From Scyliorhinus canicula (lineage: Eukaryota): a stretch of DNA of 64,000 nucleotides. The notes under the pieces are model-generated. The model made no database searches. It was given only the letters and a program-made list of their open reading frames with translations, and was not told the origin of the DNA. This document shows positions 61,023-64,000 of this stretch, piece after piece. The position numbers and the translations under genes were made by a program. The first letter of the stretch is position 1; each line of letters opens with the position of its first letter. The stretch spans positions 126,133,031 through 126,197,030 of the forward strand of contig NC_052155.1 of assembly GCF_902713615.1 (NCBI RefSeq), in the 5' to 3' direction.

Positions 61023-61315
61023 TATAATAATCTTTATTATTGTCACAAGTAGGCTTATGTTAACACTGCAATAAGGTTACTGTGAAATTCCCCTAGTCGC
61101 CACATTCCGGCACCTTTTTAGGAACATAGAGGGAGAATTCAGAATGTCCAATTCACCTAACAAGCGCGTCTTTCAGGACTTGTGGGAGGAAACCGGAGCA
61201 CCAGGAGGAAACCCACACAGACACGGGAAGAAAGTGCAGACTCCACACAGACAGTGACCCAAGCGGGAATCGAACCTGGGACCATGGTGCTGTGAAGCAA
61301 CATTGCTAACCATTG
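61023..61315 (-). mobile_element. HE1-like SINE with L2-type tail
   Basis: Reverse complement of the 52625-52910 type. Confidence 0.8.
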
Positions 61316-61890
61316 TACAGATGATTGACAAGATTGAGTGCTGTATAATCACTTAAACTAAAGTTACAAGACTTAACTGATCGAGCAATATGTAAAAATA
61401 CTCAAATTAATTGGCAGGATCAAGAGGTTGATAACTTGTAGAAATGGGAGCAGGGAGAAAAGTATGAATTATTTGCACATATTGCAGCGTGCTTCACATC
61501 AGAAAGACTTTATGCTGGAGAAGAAAAATGTGGAAGCAATGTTTTTTGAAATATGCTGTAACATCCTTCCAGTGGTAAAACATTTGGCCTAAAATTTTGG
61601 CCCAACGTGTTTAGTGATCAGGAAGAACATGCACATTTCTAGCTGGAATTGAATGCACAGGCCTCAGTAGCACATGCTGAGAATTATTTTGCCAATCAGC
61701 ATTTAAAGTGATCATCTTGGGCTTGAACTTTACCAACTGGTTTATCATTTCATGCTGCTGGTTAACTTCTGGATATTTTTTCCGGTGTTTCACCAATCTG
61801 GAAAGTTCACTTTATCCAGACAGAGGAATAATTTGTGGATCTTGCACTTTTTTGTGCGCTGTCTCAGACAATTTGGCTGAAGCCACAGTA

Positions 61891-62202
61891 TCATAGAATT
61901 TACAGTGCAGAAGTAGGCCATTCGGCCCATCGAGTCTGGAAATAGTACTCTATTTGAGCCCACACCTTCACCCTATCCCTGTAACCCAGAAACCCCACCT
62001 AAACTTTTTTGGACACAAAGGTCAATTTTGCATAGCCAGTCCACCTAACCTGGGCTGTGGAGGAAACCGGAGCACCTGGAAGAAACCCACGTGGACACAG
62101 GGAGAACGTGCAGCCTCTGCACAAACAGTGACCCAAGCCGAGAATTGAACCTGGGAATCTGGAGCTGTGAAGCTACAGTGCTAACCACTGTGCTACCATG
62201 CC
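61891..62202 (-). mobile_element. HE1 SINE, CR1-type tail
   Basis: Head, V-core and tail on minus strand. Confidence 0.8.
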
Positions 62203-62540
62203 AGCCAGGAGTGGCTTGTGCTGGGGAATGGCAAGAAAGACACCAGAGAGCAGATTTTCTTTTTGCTGAAATATACATTATTCAAAAAATACCTGAAAGA
62301 ACATCACAAAACATTTGAAACAGGCCATCATAAAGAGTGCAATAATATTCAAGTTTTCTACACACATTATACTGCACTCTAAGGTGCTTCAATAGAATAA
62401 AAGGAACAAATTACAGACATTTCAAAATCGTCATTGCAGAAAATGCAGTGATATTTAAGTTATCTACATCAGTGTTTTTGCAACTTTTTTCCGGGGACCC
62501 ATTTTTACCAACCAGCCAAGCTTCGGGACCCAACCCGGCC

Positions 62541-62717
62541 GACCTTTGCAACCCACGCCGGCTGACCTTTGCGACCCACGCTGGCCGACCTTTGCGACCC
62601 ACGCTGGCCGACCTTTGCGACCCACGCTGGCCGACCTTTGCGACCCACGCTGGCTGACCTTTGCGACCCACGCTGGCTGACCTTCGCGACCCACGCCGGC
62701 CAACCTTCACGACCCAC
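62541..62717. repeat. 23-bp subterminal tandem repeat, ~7.7 copies
   Basis: Unit GACCTTTGCGACCCACGCTGGCC. Confidence 0.95.
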
Positions 62718-62760
62718 CATTTTCTCTTACCTTGTTTGCTGCTAACAAAATGGAGGAAAT

Positions 62761-63034
62761 GGTTTTGGGTCCCTTTGGCCCTCGTACATGCTCCTCCAAT
62801 GGAACCTGTTGGATGAAGGTGAAGCCTTCCATTGTCAGAAAATATAGAGTCTCCATCTGTCCAAAGTTAAGCTCCACAGCACAATTGTGGCACAGAACAT
62901 GCAGAAATAAGGCTCAGTTAGCGAGACTGTCTTAATGCGACGCCCAGATCCTGACCATTCTTGGAGTAAGAGACTTCCACTTCATCAGCAGCAAAGTTCA
63001 GAAAGCAATCAATCACATAATTCTCCCCGAACAT
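62761..63034 (-). pseudogene. hnrnpu: hnRNP U (SAF-A)-like SPRY-domain fragment
   Basis: [33 protein letters not shown], frameshift, [56 protein letters not shown]; matches remembered hn[74 protein letters not shown]. Confidence 0.88.
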
Positions 63035-63670
63035 TTTGCAGCGTCTTTTAACAATGCCGGATGCGACGGTCTTCAAAAAGGCTGGGAGCATATAAAAACA
63101 AAACGCAGCCGCACTGCGCATGCGTGCCTGCTCATCGGTGCGCATGCATTTTTTATATGCTCCCAGCCTTTTTGAAGGCCGCCGCAGCCGGCATTGTTAC
63201 GAGCCGGCTGCTGCAGCTGTTGCGTGCGAATTTGCGCAATCGGGAGTGCCACAACGGACGACTCCGTGACATTCCCGACACCCGCCCGCAACCCACCCGT
63301 GGGTTGCGCCCCCTACTTTGAAAATGCCTAATCTACATCAAAGCAGGCACAGCTGCCAGAAAGGGAAAAGGAGCAGAAGTATTTTCTGTTTCTCTGGCAG
63401 CGCAGTGCAACTCCCCTTTAAGAGTTCTGTGGACTCGAAATCTTAACTCTGTTTCCCTCTCCACAGATTCTGCTGGACCATTTTATGTTTTTATTCCCCT
63501 TTAAGGGCTGCTGATTGTCTTAACTGGTGTCATGGACGTTAAATACCCCCTCCCACCCCCTTATTCATTGGCTTTAAAGCTCTTTGTACCATCTGGTGAT
63601 CATGAAAAGTACAAGGTAAGTACAAGACTTTCTTTTTGCAGGCATGTGGCCAATGAACAGTGTATGTAAC

Positions 63671-64000
63671 TGATGGAACCATCAATTCACCAGACACGTG
63701 TTTCCGATGTGAATCTAGGCTTTAATCGACTTACTTCAGAGCCAGCCTGTTACCTGTTGATGAACTCGTAGTGACCCAGGCTGACTCTGGACACGGGTAC
63801 TTATACAGCTGCACTAGGGGGAGGAGTCGTGGGCGGAACCAAGGGTGGAGCCCAGTACAAGTTCCTAGGTGCTCCCAGCGCTACTCCCCCTAGTGGTAGG
63901 ACAGCGCTACTGCGCTTACAACAACAGTGTGAATTAATGTATATATTAACATATATTACATTCACCACATTCACCCTCTTCAAAAAAATCAAGTCCGGCA
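63671..64000 (-). mobile_element. 3' LTR (63671-63969) and PPT of another Gypsy element that continues past the window
   Basis: Minus strand: T-tract, GAAGAGGGTGAA, then TGTGGTG...TCA; same junction layout as 60455-60480. Confidence 0.7.

Larger units (their letters stand above)
62470..63330 (-). mobile_element. non-autonomous hAT (Charlie/Buster-like) transposon carrying a captured hnRNP U fragment
   Basis: Perfect 8-bp TSD atctacat (62462-62469 / 63331-63338) with central TA; imperfect TIRs CAGTGTTTTTGCAA / TAGGCATTTTCAAA; both subtermini homologous to the element at 16307-19389. Confidence 0.88.

Noticed and set aside
62411-62720. Repetitive ORFs (RKGRPAWVAKV..) and resemblance to a CRISPR array
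   Set aside because: Head-to-tail 23-bp repeats with no unique spacers, in a eukaryotic transposon end; no cas genes.
62761-63145. Functional hnrnpu exon or gene
   Set aside because: Frameshift plus in-frame stop, no flanking exons, and enclosed in a TSD-bounded transposon.

Overview
Eukaryotic vertebrate DNA, almost certainly from a cartilaginous fish (inferred from HE1/V-type SINEs, DeuSINEs, CR1, Rex1-Babar and Penelope repeats; catshark-like). The only host gene is the 3' half of mib1 (Mind bomb 1 E3 ubiquitin ligase, + strand): nine coding exons between 10462 and the TAA at 47295, all with GT-AG junctions and consistent phases, encoding ankyrin repeats, three RING fingers and a coiled coil, followed by a long AT-rich putative 3' UTR. 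Introns and the downstream flank are dense with transposable elements. Most notable: (1) an 861-bp non-autonomous hAT/Charlie-type transposon (62470-63330, perfect 8-bp TSD) in which the transposase position is occupied by a ~275-bp, apparently spliced fragment of host hnRNP U; (2) Penelope-derived minimal hammerhead ribozymes, including fold-back elements with a compensatory U3-A8 core, one of which lies just downstream of the mib1 stop with its sense-strand ribozyme deleted; (3) a full-length Gypsy element lacking a tRNA PBS, whose PBS position is complementary to its own LTR (self-priming or poly(A)-signal masking); (4) a tRNA-Pro(AGG)-like sequence with an 18-nt insert at the canonical tRNA intron site; (5) a Gmr1-type integrase-before-RT fossil, a non-autonomous two-LTR element and a CpG-rich 22-bp minisatellite. 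All identifications were made by eye and from remembered consensus sequences; no database searches were run, and repeat boundaries are approximate unless a TSD is given.
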